Shown here: positions 9,367 to 20,248 of the stretch, piece after piece
Layout: every line of letters begins with the position of its first letter
How positions within the stretch are numbered: the first letter of the stretch is position 1
Assembly: GCA_002269645.1 (NCBI GenBank)
Contig: NIVC01002883.1
Coordinates: 1 to 24,572, forward strand
DNA from: Macrostomum lignano
Lineage: Eukaryota
DNA length: 24,572 bases
Direction of reading: 5' to 3'
The notes under the pieces: generated by a model
What the model was told of the DNA's origin: nothing
The model's input: the letters and a program-made list of their open reading frames with translations, nothing else
Databases searched by the model: none
Translations under genes and position numbers: made by a program

Positions 9367-11133
9367 CCGCAGGTGATACTCGTCCACCAGCTCCCTGTCG
9401 AAGCTCTCGGTCGCGTACAGCCGGCCGGTCCGTTCGTCCAGTCGAAACGGCGCCCGACCGAACTCGAGCAGCTCGAATCGGATCGCGTCACCGTCGGCGT
9501 CGGTGGCGTTGAGACCGCAGACGAGCCAGCCGGGCCGCCGGTTCTCCGGGACGCTGAGCCGCAGCGGCGGCTGGCCACCGGCACCCGGCACCTGGAATGT
9601 CGGTGCGTTGTCGTTGAGGTTGTTGACGATCACGCGAATGCTGCGTCTGCTGCTCAACGGCGGCTTGCCGCGGTCCGTACAGACGATCGTCAGGTTCACC
9701 TTCGGGCTCGTCTCGGCGTCCAGCTGCCGAGCGGTCCTCAGCTCGAACTCTTGCTGGTCGAGGCCCACCGTGCTCGACTTTGCCAGCAGGCGGAAGCCGC
9801 CGCCGCTGCCGCCGGAATCTCTTTTGTCGTCTCCAAGTCGGCAGTCGACCCCGCGGACTCCGCTGCTGTCAGCGTCAGAGACCGTCAGCCAGGCCACCAG
9901 AGTGTCCGGCGGTTTGTTCTCGTCGACGCTCAACTGACCATCTGAGCTGAGCGACGTCAGCACGATCACCGGCGCCTCGTCGTTGACGTCCAAGACGCTG
10001 ATCGTCAGCGTGACGCTGCCGGTGCGCGAAGCGACGCCGCCGCTGGCGAAGCCGCCGTCCCGATCGACAGCCTCGACGACCAGAGTGTGCACCGGCGCCC
10101 GCTCGTAGTCCAGCTGGCTGGCGAGGCTGAGAGCTCCAGTGGACGGGTTGATGAAGAATAGAGACTGGGCGCGTTGCTGAGAGTCGCGCAGCCGGTAGCG
10201 CAGGCGGGAGTTGAGGCCAGCGTCGGAGTCGGTGGCGTTCAGCAGCAGGAACGGCTGGTCGGCTCCAGCCGGATGCGTCTCGGACAGCCGGACAGTCAGC
10301 GGCGGCCGCAGTCCGTCCAGATGAAACCGAGGCGTCTCGTCGTTTTTGTCGTTGACGCGGACGCGGATGCGGAGCTGGCCAGACAGGCGCGGGTCGCCGC
10401 CATCGCGGGCCACCAGGGTTAACCGGAGCTCCGGCGTCTCCTCCCGGTCCAGCGGCTTCGTCACCAGCAGCCTGGGCTCCGGACGGCCGCCGCCGCCGCT
10501 CGTCCTCAGCTGGAAGTGTCCCGCAGTGTCGCCGACAAGCTCGTAGCTCTCGATGCCGTTCTCGCCAGCGTCGGCGTCCGTAGAGGCTGGCAGCGCGATC
10601 TCCTCGCCCTGGTGACCGTTCTCGTCCAGCGTCAGCTGGAGTTCCGGCCTGGGGAAGCTGGGCGCGTTGTCGTTGACGTCGCGCAGGTGAATCTCCACCA
10701 GCAGGCTGCGGCTGCTGTCCGGAGCGGACGGGTTGATGGCGCGCACCCGCAGCTGGATGACGCAGACCTGACGGCTGGAGTCGCAGCAGGCGCCGGTGGT
10801 GGCGCAGAGGCTGTCTCGGTCGATTCTGGCGCCCCGGTAGCTGACCGCGCCTCTGTCGGAGTCGACGTCGAACTGGCCAGCCAGAGTGTCGCCGGGAGCG
10901 CGCAGCAGGGTGAATCGGATCGGTGAGGCGCTGGAAGAGGCCTGGCCGACGTCCAGCCGTCCGATCTGGCGGAGCTGCCGACGCTGCTGTTCGGCGGACG
11001 TCGGCGGCGGCGGCATTCGGCCGTCGTCTTCGTCCAGCTGGAAGACGATAGGGGACCCGGCAGCGGCGGCGGACGCAGCCAAGGCGGCCAGTACGGTCAG
11101 CAACCTCCAAGCGCGAAGTTGAGGCGGCGGCAT
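9367..11133 (-). CDS. Protocadherin exon 1: signal peptide, EC1-EC4 and most of EC5 (7-EC, delta1-like protocadherin)
   Basis: Signal peptide MPPPQLRAWRLLTVLAALAASAAAAG; repeated DxNDNxPxF, LDRE/LDYE and DxD motifs; Cys-containing IDRDSLC...C EC1 typical of protocadherins; donor CGG|GTGGGT at 9366. Seven EC repeats counted over four exons. No specific orthologue can be assigned. Confidence 0.95.
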
Positions 11134-11362
11134 TTTCCCGAGCTGTCAGTTGCGGCCAGGGCCTGCCAACTTTTTATGGTTAATCCGCACTGTGAGGCCG
11201 CTCGCTCATTGGCCTGAGATTTCGATTTGCTGCTGGTTCAAACAAAATATTCAGCCAGCCAACCAGAGAGTCGCGGCCGGAAAATAGGATTAACAAGCTG
11301 GTGAGTAGTATGTTTGGCGCGTTTTTCGGCTTTTTGATATTTTGACAACAGAGGTCGCGCTC

Positions 11363-11599
11363 AAGGAGCCCAATGAGACAGCGGACAAAGACCCAATGGC
11401 ACAGCGGACAAGGACCCCAATGGCACAGCGGACAAGGACCCCAATGAGACAGCGGACAAGGACCCCAATGACACAGCGGACAAAGACCCCAATGAGACAG
11501 CGGACAAGGACCCCAATGAGACAGCGGACAAAGACCCCAATGAGACAGCGGACAAAGACCCCAATGACACAGCCGACAAAGACCCAATGAGACAGCGGA
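11363..11599 (+). repeat. 24-bp minisatellite (ccccaatgagacagcggacaagga), about 10 copies
   Basis: Visible tandem units about 230 nt upstream of the protocadherin ATG. Confidence 0.96.
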
Positions 11600-12159
11600 G
11601 TTCCCAGAAGGCCAAATTGAATTTCAACACAATCAGAGTTATCAACTACAATGTTATAAAGCAACTATAGCTTTCTAAGCCTGCCCAGCGTCAGAGGCAG
11701 TCCGGATGTAACAAAATCCATAGAAACGATTGCGTTTTCCAAGTCGACAGTAGCACACATTCTTGATACACATACGCATAGGACACAGCATGCGCTTAGT
11801 TGCTGGGCACCTGCTTTTTGACAGTAATAAATTTTACTGTTAACCGACAACGCGTCTGCTGGGAAAGGAAGGGCGGACCCCCCCCCCCCCGGTCTGACAT
11901 ATTTGGGAGAATTACAGGCAGCCACAGCAGCCAATCTCCTTCACTATCTGTCATCCCTGCGCAGCATTACAAAGGAACAGTGCATGATACACACCGATCC
12001 TTGATTACATATGGCTGAGATGCATGCAGTGAAAGTTGATTTCTTAAAGTATACTTTAGTTATTATGAATCTGGTTTTTACAGTTCATTTCTGACAGCTT
12101 CCGCCCCTGTGCTGCTTGACTTTTTATGACATTTAATCTATATTATTAACAGTTTCCCA

Positions 12160-12415
12160 CCCCCTCTGTATTTCATGACAGCTTCCGCCCCCTCTGTATT
12201 TCATGACAGCTTCCGCCCCCTCTGTATTTCATGACAGCTTCCGCCCCCTCTGTATTTCATGACAGCTTCCGCCCCCTCTGTATTTCATGACAGCTTCCGC
12301 CCCCTCTGTATTTCATGACATCTTCCGCCCCCTCTGTATTTCATGACAGCTTCCGCCCCCTCTGTATTTCATGACAGCTTCCGCCCCCTCTGTATTTCAT
12401 GACAGCTTCATCCCC
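12160..12415 (+). repeat. 28-bp minisatellite (catgacagcttccgccccctctgtattt), about 9 copies
   Basis: Period 28 (catgaca at 12174 and 12202); degenerate copies near 12087 and 12430. Confidence 0.96.
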
Positions 12416-13661
12416 TTCGTTGCGAGATTTCATTACAGCTTCCGCTCCTTCAGTATTTTATGACAGCATCTGTTGCTATAATGCCTGGAAATTTTGCATA
12501 GCGGTTTGCGTTTACAAAACCAAAAACAAAATTAATAATTTCTTTCTAATATTTGCATCGAATAGGAACAAACCGAGCTAGCATTTTTAACCAACGTCCA
12601 ACCTACAGCTTAGCTACGAACGTAATAAAATATGGCGCCACTGGCATATGCGATGATGACGCTGTGAAGATAAAAAATACACAAAACCCTCGCTGGCCAA
12701 GAGATAAGGACAGACATCTTCTGCTGGGGTGGCAGGGAGATAAGAGCTGTATGTGTGCAGTTCATCTCGATCCTCCTAGGGGATATCCTAGGCTCTGGGA
12801 GGATGTGGGGAGAGACCGCACCGCGGACACCATTTGCTCGTAGTATCTACGAGGAAGTGTCTATGAGAAAGCATTAAAACAAATAATAGCTAGGAGAATA
12901 ATTTTGATCGGTTCTGCACCGTCCAGGATCTGTGGAGTTTCATCGGTTTTCTATAGAGTCAATGCCGAGAGTGATGGATGGGTATAAACAAGAGATGTTT
13001 AGGAAAGCAGGGAAGGGTTATTACGTCATAGTCTATAGCGCCACTCTCTAAAGATACCATCAGTCGACGATGCAGGGACCAATAGTCAATAGAAGTATAG
13101 AAAGTCACGAGTGGACACTTGGTTTCTAAGAAAAGAATAATTGAAGGCCGAATGATTTTTCTGATTCTGAAAACTTGCATTTCAAATTGAGACATCAAAC
13201 AGTCTGCAAAAATCGAGTTCAGTACGAAAAACAGGCCTTCAAAAGTTTTCCAAGAAATCATGGAAAACGCAACACACAAATAAATCGAGCTGTTCCAGAA
13301 ACATGAATTTTATCAATAGGTTCTTTTCTAAAGTTGAACAGATTAGCATTGACTTTTAGCGATAGTTCGAACTTGTGCAAATATAGCAAGGCTTCTTACC
13401 TGTCTTGCTAATTTATAAATTTTTGGAAATGAATTGGTCCGTGTGTCTTCAGCGTTGACAACAATCAGCGGACGCCCCACGATTTCAATTAGTGAAAAAT
13501 TGGAAAATTGATGAAATACGTTCGTACCATCATCTGCTGGGAGAGAGGCTGCCCACAAAGAGCCACTTACGCTCATAGCTGATTGATTGATGGCCAAAAT
13601 CGCTGCGGCAGCTTCTGGCGTTCATTTAATTTTCAGCGTTGTGCATGTGCAAAAAAGACTT

Positions 13662-14955
13662 CATTGGGATTGATGCACACTGATCAATGCATTGGGATTG
13701 ATACACACTGATCAATTCATTGGGATTGATGCACACTGATCAATGCATTGGGATTGATACACACTGATCAATGCATTGGGATTGATACACACTGATCAAT
13801 GCATTGGGATTGATACACACTGATCAATGCATTGGGATTGATACACACTGATCAATGCATTGGGATTGATACACACTGATCAATGCATTGGGATTGATAC
13901 ACACTGATCAATGCATTGGGATTGATACACACTGATCAATGCATTGGGATTGATACACACTGATCAATGCATTGGGATTGATACACACTGATCAATGCAT
14001 TGGGATTGATACACACTGATCAATGCATTGGGATTGATACACACTGATCAATGCATTGGGATTGATACACACTGATCAATGCATTGGGATTGATACACAC
14101 TGATCAATGCATTGGGATTGATACACACTGATCAATGCATTGGGATTGATACACACTGATCAATGCATTGGGATTGATACACACTGATCAATGCATTGGG
14201 ATTGATACACTGATCAATGCATTGGGATTGATACACTGATCAATGCATTGGGATTGATACACACTGATCAATGCATTGGGATTGATACACACTGATCAAT
14301 GCATTGGGATTGATGCACACTGATCAATGCATTGGGATTGATGCACTGATCAATGCATTGGGATTGATACACACTGATCAATGCATTGGGATTGATACAC
14401 ACTGATCAATGCATTGGGATTGATACACACTGATCAATGCATTGGGATTGATACACACTGATCAATGCATTGGGATTGATACACACTGATCAATGCATTG
14501 GGATTGATGCACACTGATCAATGCATTGGGATTGATACACACTGATCAATGCATTGGGATTGATACACTGATCAATGCATTGGGATTGATACACACTGAT
14601 CAATGCATTGGGATTGATACACACTGATCAATGCATTGGGATTGATACACACTGATCAATGCATTGGGATTGATACACACTGATCAATGCATTGGGATTG
14701 ATACACACTGATCAATGCATTGGGATTGATACACACTGATCAATGCATTGGGATTGATACACACTGATCAATGCATTGGGATTGATACACTGATCAATGC
14801 ATTGGGATTGATACACACTGATCAATGCATTGGGATTGATACACACTGATCAATGCATTGGGATTGATACACACTGATCAATGCATTGGGATTGATACAC
14901 ACTGATCAATGCATTGGGATTGATACACACTGATCAATGCATTGGGATTGATACA
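13662..14955 (+). repeat. 28-bp minisatellite (cattgggattgatacacactgatcaatg), about 46 copies
   Basis: Near-identical head-to-tail units, some 26 bp from loss of one ac; no unique spacers. Confidence 0.98.
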
Positions 14956-16158
14956 AACGGATCAATTCCTTTAAATTTTGCTCTAAAATGAAGGCAGCAA
15001 AAAAGAACAAAGAGGTAATTTTACTGGGTGTTTTATGTTATCTGGATGAAGCAAAGTTATTGCCGAAAATCGCATCTATAAGTGAATTTATGTAATTCAC
15101 AGAGGAGAAAAAAATGCAATGATGGATTTAACACAGTCATTGCAAACCGGTCGATTTGAACATCGCGAAACCCAATTGACAAAATCAAAACTCCATTCGT
15201 CTGTTTTTCTCAAAGCTCAACCAGCAGTTTAAAACAAAAGTGTTTTAACGCGAAGAAATGTTCAAGCAACTTTTTAGCGCAAGAGAAAAGCAATCTGCAT
15301 GCTTTTTCCAGCTAAAGTTGGATTTAAAAGAAACTGTCGAAAATTGCAGTTTGCACCATGTACTACTGAAAATAACATGCGATACATTCGGTTTGAAATT
15401 CGACTTTCAATTCAACGCGTGCATGCAATATGTGTTTTGTTTCGGTTGGCTTAGTCTAAACTATGCAGATGAGTCTCTTGTTTATCGAAGATATTCGTAG
15501 TTCTACTAGCGCGCATTCAAGCTACTTACAGTAGGCTGGACAACACAAAATGCGCTTAAAAATATAAAGGATTGCGGATTCAAAAGTCGCAAATTTGATA
15601 ACCGCCATCTTGACGTTGTTTTCAACAGATCTGCAATGGCATGGAGAGTGAGTCAAAATTGTCCGCTTCTTTTTCAATATTTTCTTATAATATATTTCGT
15701 GAGTCGCTGCTTATTATATAATGAATTACAGTAATTATTTTCACACAGAACAGAGATAAAATAGTAGACCATTAATAAATCATATTCATAGTAGTAGATA
15801 GCGTACATGTAAGACAACCAACCCATAGCAGACTGTTACAGAATGTGAAAGCAAACGGTTAGTCCATAGCAGTTGAACAAGCAAACAGCAACCGACACCG
15901 TAAATTTTGAGAAAGTTGAAACAAGCAAGCAAACAAAAACGGAGGCAATGCCAGTAGCAGCTCAATGCACAATTGAAATACGCGATGTTAATAATGACAG
16001 ATATAGCAAGCCGGAAAACATTGATTGAAGTAAAGTTCATTGGTTAGCCAACACAGCAACAAACATGGCGCATGGAAGCGAGCTGGAGGACTCGACAGTC
16101 TGTTTTTGTGAACAGGGCTGATTTTTCATGCTTAGGACTGACTGCTGTGCCGTGATGC

Positions 16159-16165
16159 GACACTA

Positions 16166-16218
<53 letters not shown>

Positions 16219-16233
16219 CTAAGACAGACACTA

Positions 16234-16297
<64 letters not shown>

Positions 16298-16298
16298 C

Positions 16299-16329
<31 letters not shown>

Positions 16330-16332
16330 CTA

Positions 16333-16409
<77 letters not shown>

Positions 16410-16430
16410 CTAAGACAGACACTAAGACAT

Positions 16431-16465
<35 letters not shown>

Positions 16466-16474
16466 CTAAGACAT

Positions 16475-16525
<51 letters not shown>

Positions 16526-16619
16526 GGCAGACAGACAGACACTAAGACAGACAGACAGACAGACAGGCAGACAGACAGACAGACAGACAGACACTAAGAC
16601 AGACAGACAGAAGACAGAC
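16159..16619 (+). repeat. (GACA)n microsatellite with GACACTAA and GGCA variants
   Basis: Directly visible. Confidence 0.97.
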
Positions 16620-17157
16620 TGCGGTCCCACATCAAAGGACACAAATGATTAGTGACACGCAGCAAAATTCATGCGATGGACTCCATCCAGGAAGTAGGGG
16701 AGGTGAAAACCAATGCTAGGCAAAGCAAACTTGCAGACAGCATTTCGAGAAACATGCAATAAAAGGTACTTCTAGTACTTTCACTTGCACTGTATTTAAT
16801 TGCGCAAATTCCCATATTCAATTATTAACGATTAGTACGGACAAATAAAGCTCTCAGAAAAATCTTCTCTAACAAATATAGCGGGCAAGGAACGTATTCT
16901 TTATATACTACTCGCAACTTGCAACTCGCAACTACTCGCAACAATTCTACAGATTGTTGTTTTAAAATTTAACACAACAAAACAACGCAAAAAGGAGAGT
17001 CGCGAGGCAGACAGGGAGAGAGGAATGAACTATGGGGCAGTCCAACAAATCAATTATTAGACTAATTAGCTAAGATAATTAATAATAGAAGCAATTAAAT
17101 TAAAATCAATATAATTTAACTTGCAAAAACTTGGAGAATTTCCTTCGCGACCGGAAA

Positions 17158-17859
17158 TCATCGACCATTTCCACCCGTGCGACGCCGACCGACACTCTGA
17201 CTGGGGCCGGCTGCCGACATTGAAGAAGCATTCTGCTGCATCGGCATCGACAGAGGCGGAGGCGGCGGCGGCGGCGGCAACGGCGGCATCGAGTATTGCG
17301 CCTGCGGTGCCGGAGACGCCGACATGGCCGAACCGGCGGCGCTGCCTGGCGACGTCATTATCGGGAAGATCGGCGGCGGCGGCGGAGGCGGCAGCGGCAT
17401 GTTCGACTGCAGCATCGGCGGCGGAGGTGGCGGCAGCAGCAGCGGTTGCTGCGCGGACCGCCTGTCGGAGCCAACAGAGGACCGGGAGCTGGGCCGGCCG
17501 ATGCTGAACATTGGCGCCGGCGGCGGCCGACTGCCCAGGGCGGTGAGCTTCGCCCGCAACGCCGAATTGTCGTCTTTGACTTCGCTGAGCTGACGCTCGG
17601 CAGCTTTGGCTGCCAGCCAGGAGTCGTGGGCCCGCTTCTCCAGGTCGCCGATTCTCCGCCTGTGCACTCGCTCGGCCTCGGCCAGCTCCGACTGCGTGGC
17701 TTCGAGCCGGGCGCGCAGCTGGTCAATTTCGGCGCGCTGCTCATCCAGGCGCTGCTGGGCGCTGGCCGTGGCGCTGGCGTCAGACTGGCGCGTGAGCTCC
17801 TGCTGGCCGAGCCGGCGTTGCCACTCGCACTCCCGGTCTTTGAAGTAGTCGCGGAGCAC
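17158..17859 (-). CDS. TANGO1: TANGO1/MIA3-like exon 3: coiled coil 2 and proline-rich domain, stop codon
   Basis: Acceptor cccatcctgcag|GTG (phase 0). The join ELK|VLRDYFKDRECEWQRRLGQQE resembles the TANGO1/cTAGE5 coiled-coil segment as recalled. Three poly-Pro runs fit the Sec23-binding PRD of this family. Ends with TGA. Confidence 0.85.
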   Translation of the reverse strand: MLRDYFKDRECEWQRRLGQQELTRQSDASATASAQQRLDEQRAEIDQLRARLEATQSELAEAERVHRRRIGDLEKRAHDSWLAAKAAERQLSEVKDDNSALRAKLTALGSRPPPAPMFSIGRPSSRSSVGSDRRSAQQPLLLPPPPPPMLQSNMPLPPPPPPPIFPIMTSPGSAAGSAMSASPAPQAQYSMPPLPPPPPPPPLSMPMQQNASSMSAAGPSQSVGRRRTGGNGR

Positions 17860-18272
17860 CTGCAGGATGGGAGGCGGGAAAGCGGGCTGCAATTTTGCCA
17901 TTCTATCTTCAGAACAGTATTTAAAGTTTCTATTTAGACAGTTCCTCGTTTTAATTGTCCATGGCTAGAAGTAAGGCAAAGCTCAAATTCTAAATGAAAA
18001 TTTAGAAACCTTTGTTCAGTCCTTTAAAATTCGACAGCTGGCACCGATTCTGCCAATTTCGTCTCTTTATTATTTTGTTTTTGTTCCATACTAAAGAGTT
18101 GCAATTTTTCTCAGGCTTAAAAACTTGAGATATAATTCGTCAAGAAAACATTTTTCCATACTAGGTGTCCTCAAGGCTTTATACTTTATGACTAAGTCAT
18201 AACCTAAAGATGTATAGCAAAATTGGTGCTCGCTGACCAAGTTAAAAGTCTAAACTAGACCCCGAAATGATA

Positions 18273-18375
18273 TACTACTACTATCAATACTACTACTGCT
18301 ACTGCTGCTACTACTATAACTACTACGAGTACTACTACTACTAGTAATACTACTACTACTACTACTATAACTACT

Positions 18376-18406
<31 letters not shown>

Positions 18407-18423
18407 ATACTACTATAACTACT

Positions 18424-18463
<40 letters not shown>

Positions 18464-18588
18464 ATACTACTATAACTACTACCACCACTACTACTACTAG
18501 TACTACTACTACTACTACTACTACTATAACTACTACCACCACTACTACTACTACTACTTCTACTACTACTACTACTACTATAACTACT

Positions 18589-18637
<49 letters not shown>

Positions 18638-18694
18638 ATACTACTATAACTACTACCACCACTACTACTACTAGTACTACTACTGCTGCTGCTA
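18273..18694 (+). repeat. (ACT)n trinucleotide array with higher-order blocks (actataactactaccacc)
   Basis: Directly visible in TANGO1 intron 2; poly-Ser and poly-Val ORFs are its translations. Confidence 0.96.
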
Positions 18695-18702
18695 CAACAA
18701 AC

Positions 18703-19344
18703 CTTCAGTTCGGTGCAGGCCTTGTCCCGATCCTCTCTTAGGGTGGCCTGTTCGGCTCGCACCGCGCTGAGCTCATTCTCCAACTCCAAGCGGCTGGCCG
18801 CCTCAGCTCTGGCGTGACTCTCAAACTGCTCCTGACGCGACCGCAGCTCCTCCAGCTCGCGTCTGGCCGCTTCGGCGTCCAGCAGGCGACGAATCAAATC
18901 GGCGCGCTGCTCCTGACGTTGCAGTTGGATTTCTTGTCGTCTCTGACGCCGTTTCTGCAGCCGACGTCGACGCCGACATCGTGTCGACGCACTGTCGCTG
19001 TCGGCGGCATCGTCGTCGTCCCCGGCGCCGTTCTCGCCACCGTCGGGCGCGTCGCGTTGATCCTCATCATCATCCTCCTCATCTTCTGATTGGCCTTCTC
19101 CGTCGCCTTCATCGGCACCCTCCTCATCGTCGTCGTTGTCGTTCGCTGCCGCTGCCGCATCGTCGGAGCCCAGCTTAGCCAGCAGATTGTCAAGCGACTG
19201 TCTCAGCGTAGCATTCTCAGCCCGACACCGCTCGGCTTCCTGATTGGCCCTGTCCAGCTCGGACTGCATCTCGGTCATCCTATTGTAGTACTCGGAGGCC
19301 TGGTTGTACAGGCGCTGCTGTTCGGCCTGGGCTGCTTCCAGTTT
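18703..19344 (-). CDS. TANGO1: TANGO1/MIA3-like exon 2: coiled coil with acidic insert
   Basis: Reads KLEAAQAEQQRLYNQASEYYNRMTEMQSELD...ACTELK; donor AAG|GTTTGT at 18702. The acceptor is either ctgcag|AAA (19344) or catag|TTC (19386); both are phase 0. Confidence 0.8.
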
Positions 19345-19534
19345 CTGCAGGCGCGGATGGGCGAGTGCGTATTGTGTATTGCAGAACTATGATAAGTCTG
19401 TAGGTCTTATATATTCGACAATTTAAATACGTCTATGGCCAAAAGTCACACATATTGGCACCCCCGTTTATAATTAAATGTGTTCAAAATAATAAAATTC
19501 AAATTCTGCTAACAGGTGGACGGACAAAGAGACA

Positions 19535-19548
19535 GAGCAGACAAAGAA

Positions 19549-19580
<32 letters not shown>

Positions 19581-19646
19581 TAACAGACAGACAGACATAC
19601 AGACAGACAGACAGACACAGACAGATAGCCAGACAGACAGACAGAC
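19535..19646 (+). repeat. Short degenerate (GACA)n microsatellite in TANGO1 intron 1
   Basis: Directly visible. Confidence 0.9.
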
Positions 19647-20248
19647 AATCGTCTAGGGGATCATTGTGTACACACTGCTTGAAACGATGAGAAATGCTAC
19701 AAGTAACTGTTAGATTACTTGAGACTGAGTAAGACTGACTCAGTGCGCCGAACTGAGTTAAGACTGACTGAACTCCTATTCTTTCAGTACGATCATTATT
19801 TATGTAGCGTAATTCTCCATTTTAATAATTTCTATAATTTCTAATAATCTCTACTGTTTATACTCGTACATTAAAAGCCCAGACAAACAGCTTTTCATAC
19901 TGTTGTGTAGTTGGTTTGCAGATATGTACATATGCTATGTACACCTGTTTTCCGATATTGATCTGTCGCAGCTAAATGAATATATAAGTATAAATATACC
20001 AGTCGGTAGGCCAACTTGGGCTAAGTTCGTGTGTACCCCTAAATTCAGTCTGACTTTCTCAACACAATATAGCTAACTAACACATCTATAGCTATAGTAG
20101 CTAAATACGAAGCGTTTTTGCATTTTTAATGAGTTAACTTAAGAAAGCATAAAACGCTAATTATGCTACTGATAGAAAGAAGAAGAGTAGGTGTTTTGCG
20201 ATTGACATATCTACATGCAGATCTAGCATCATAGACTTAAATCTTCAC

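Noticed and set aside
15602-15611. CCGCCATCTT, a YY1-type motif
   Set aside because: Single short motif with no associated gene start or supporting context.
11133-17158. Functional link or operon between co-oriented TANGO1 and the protocadherin
   Set aside because: They are 6 kb apart with several satellites between them; adjacency alone is not evidence.
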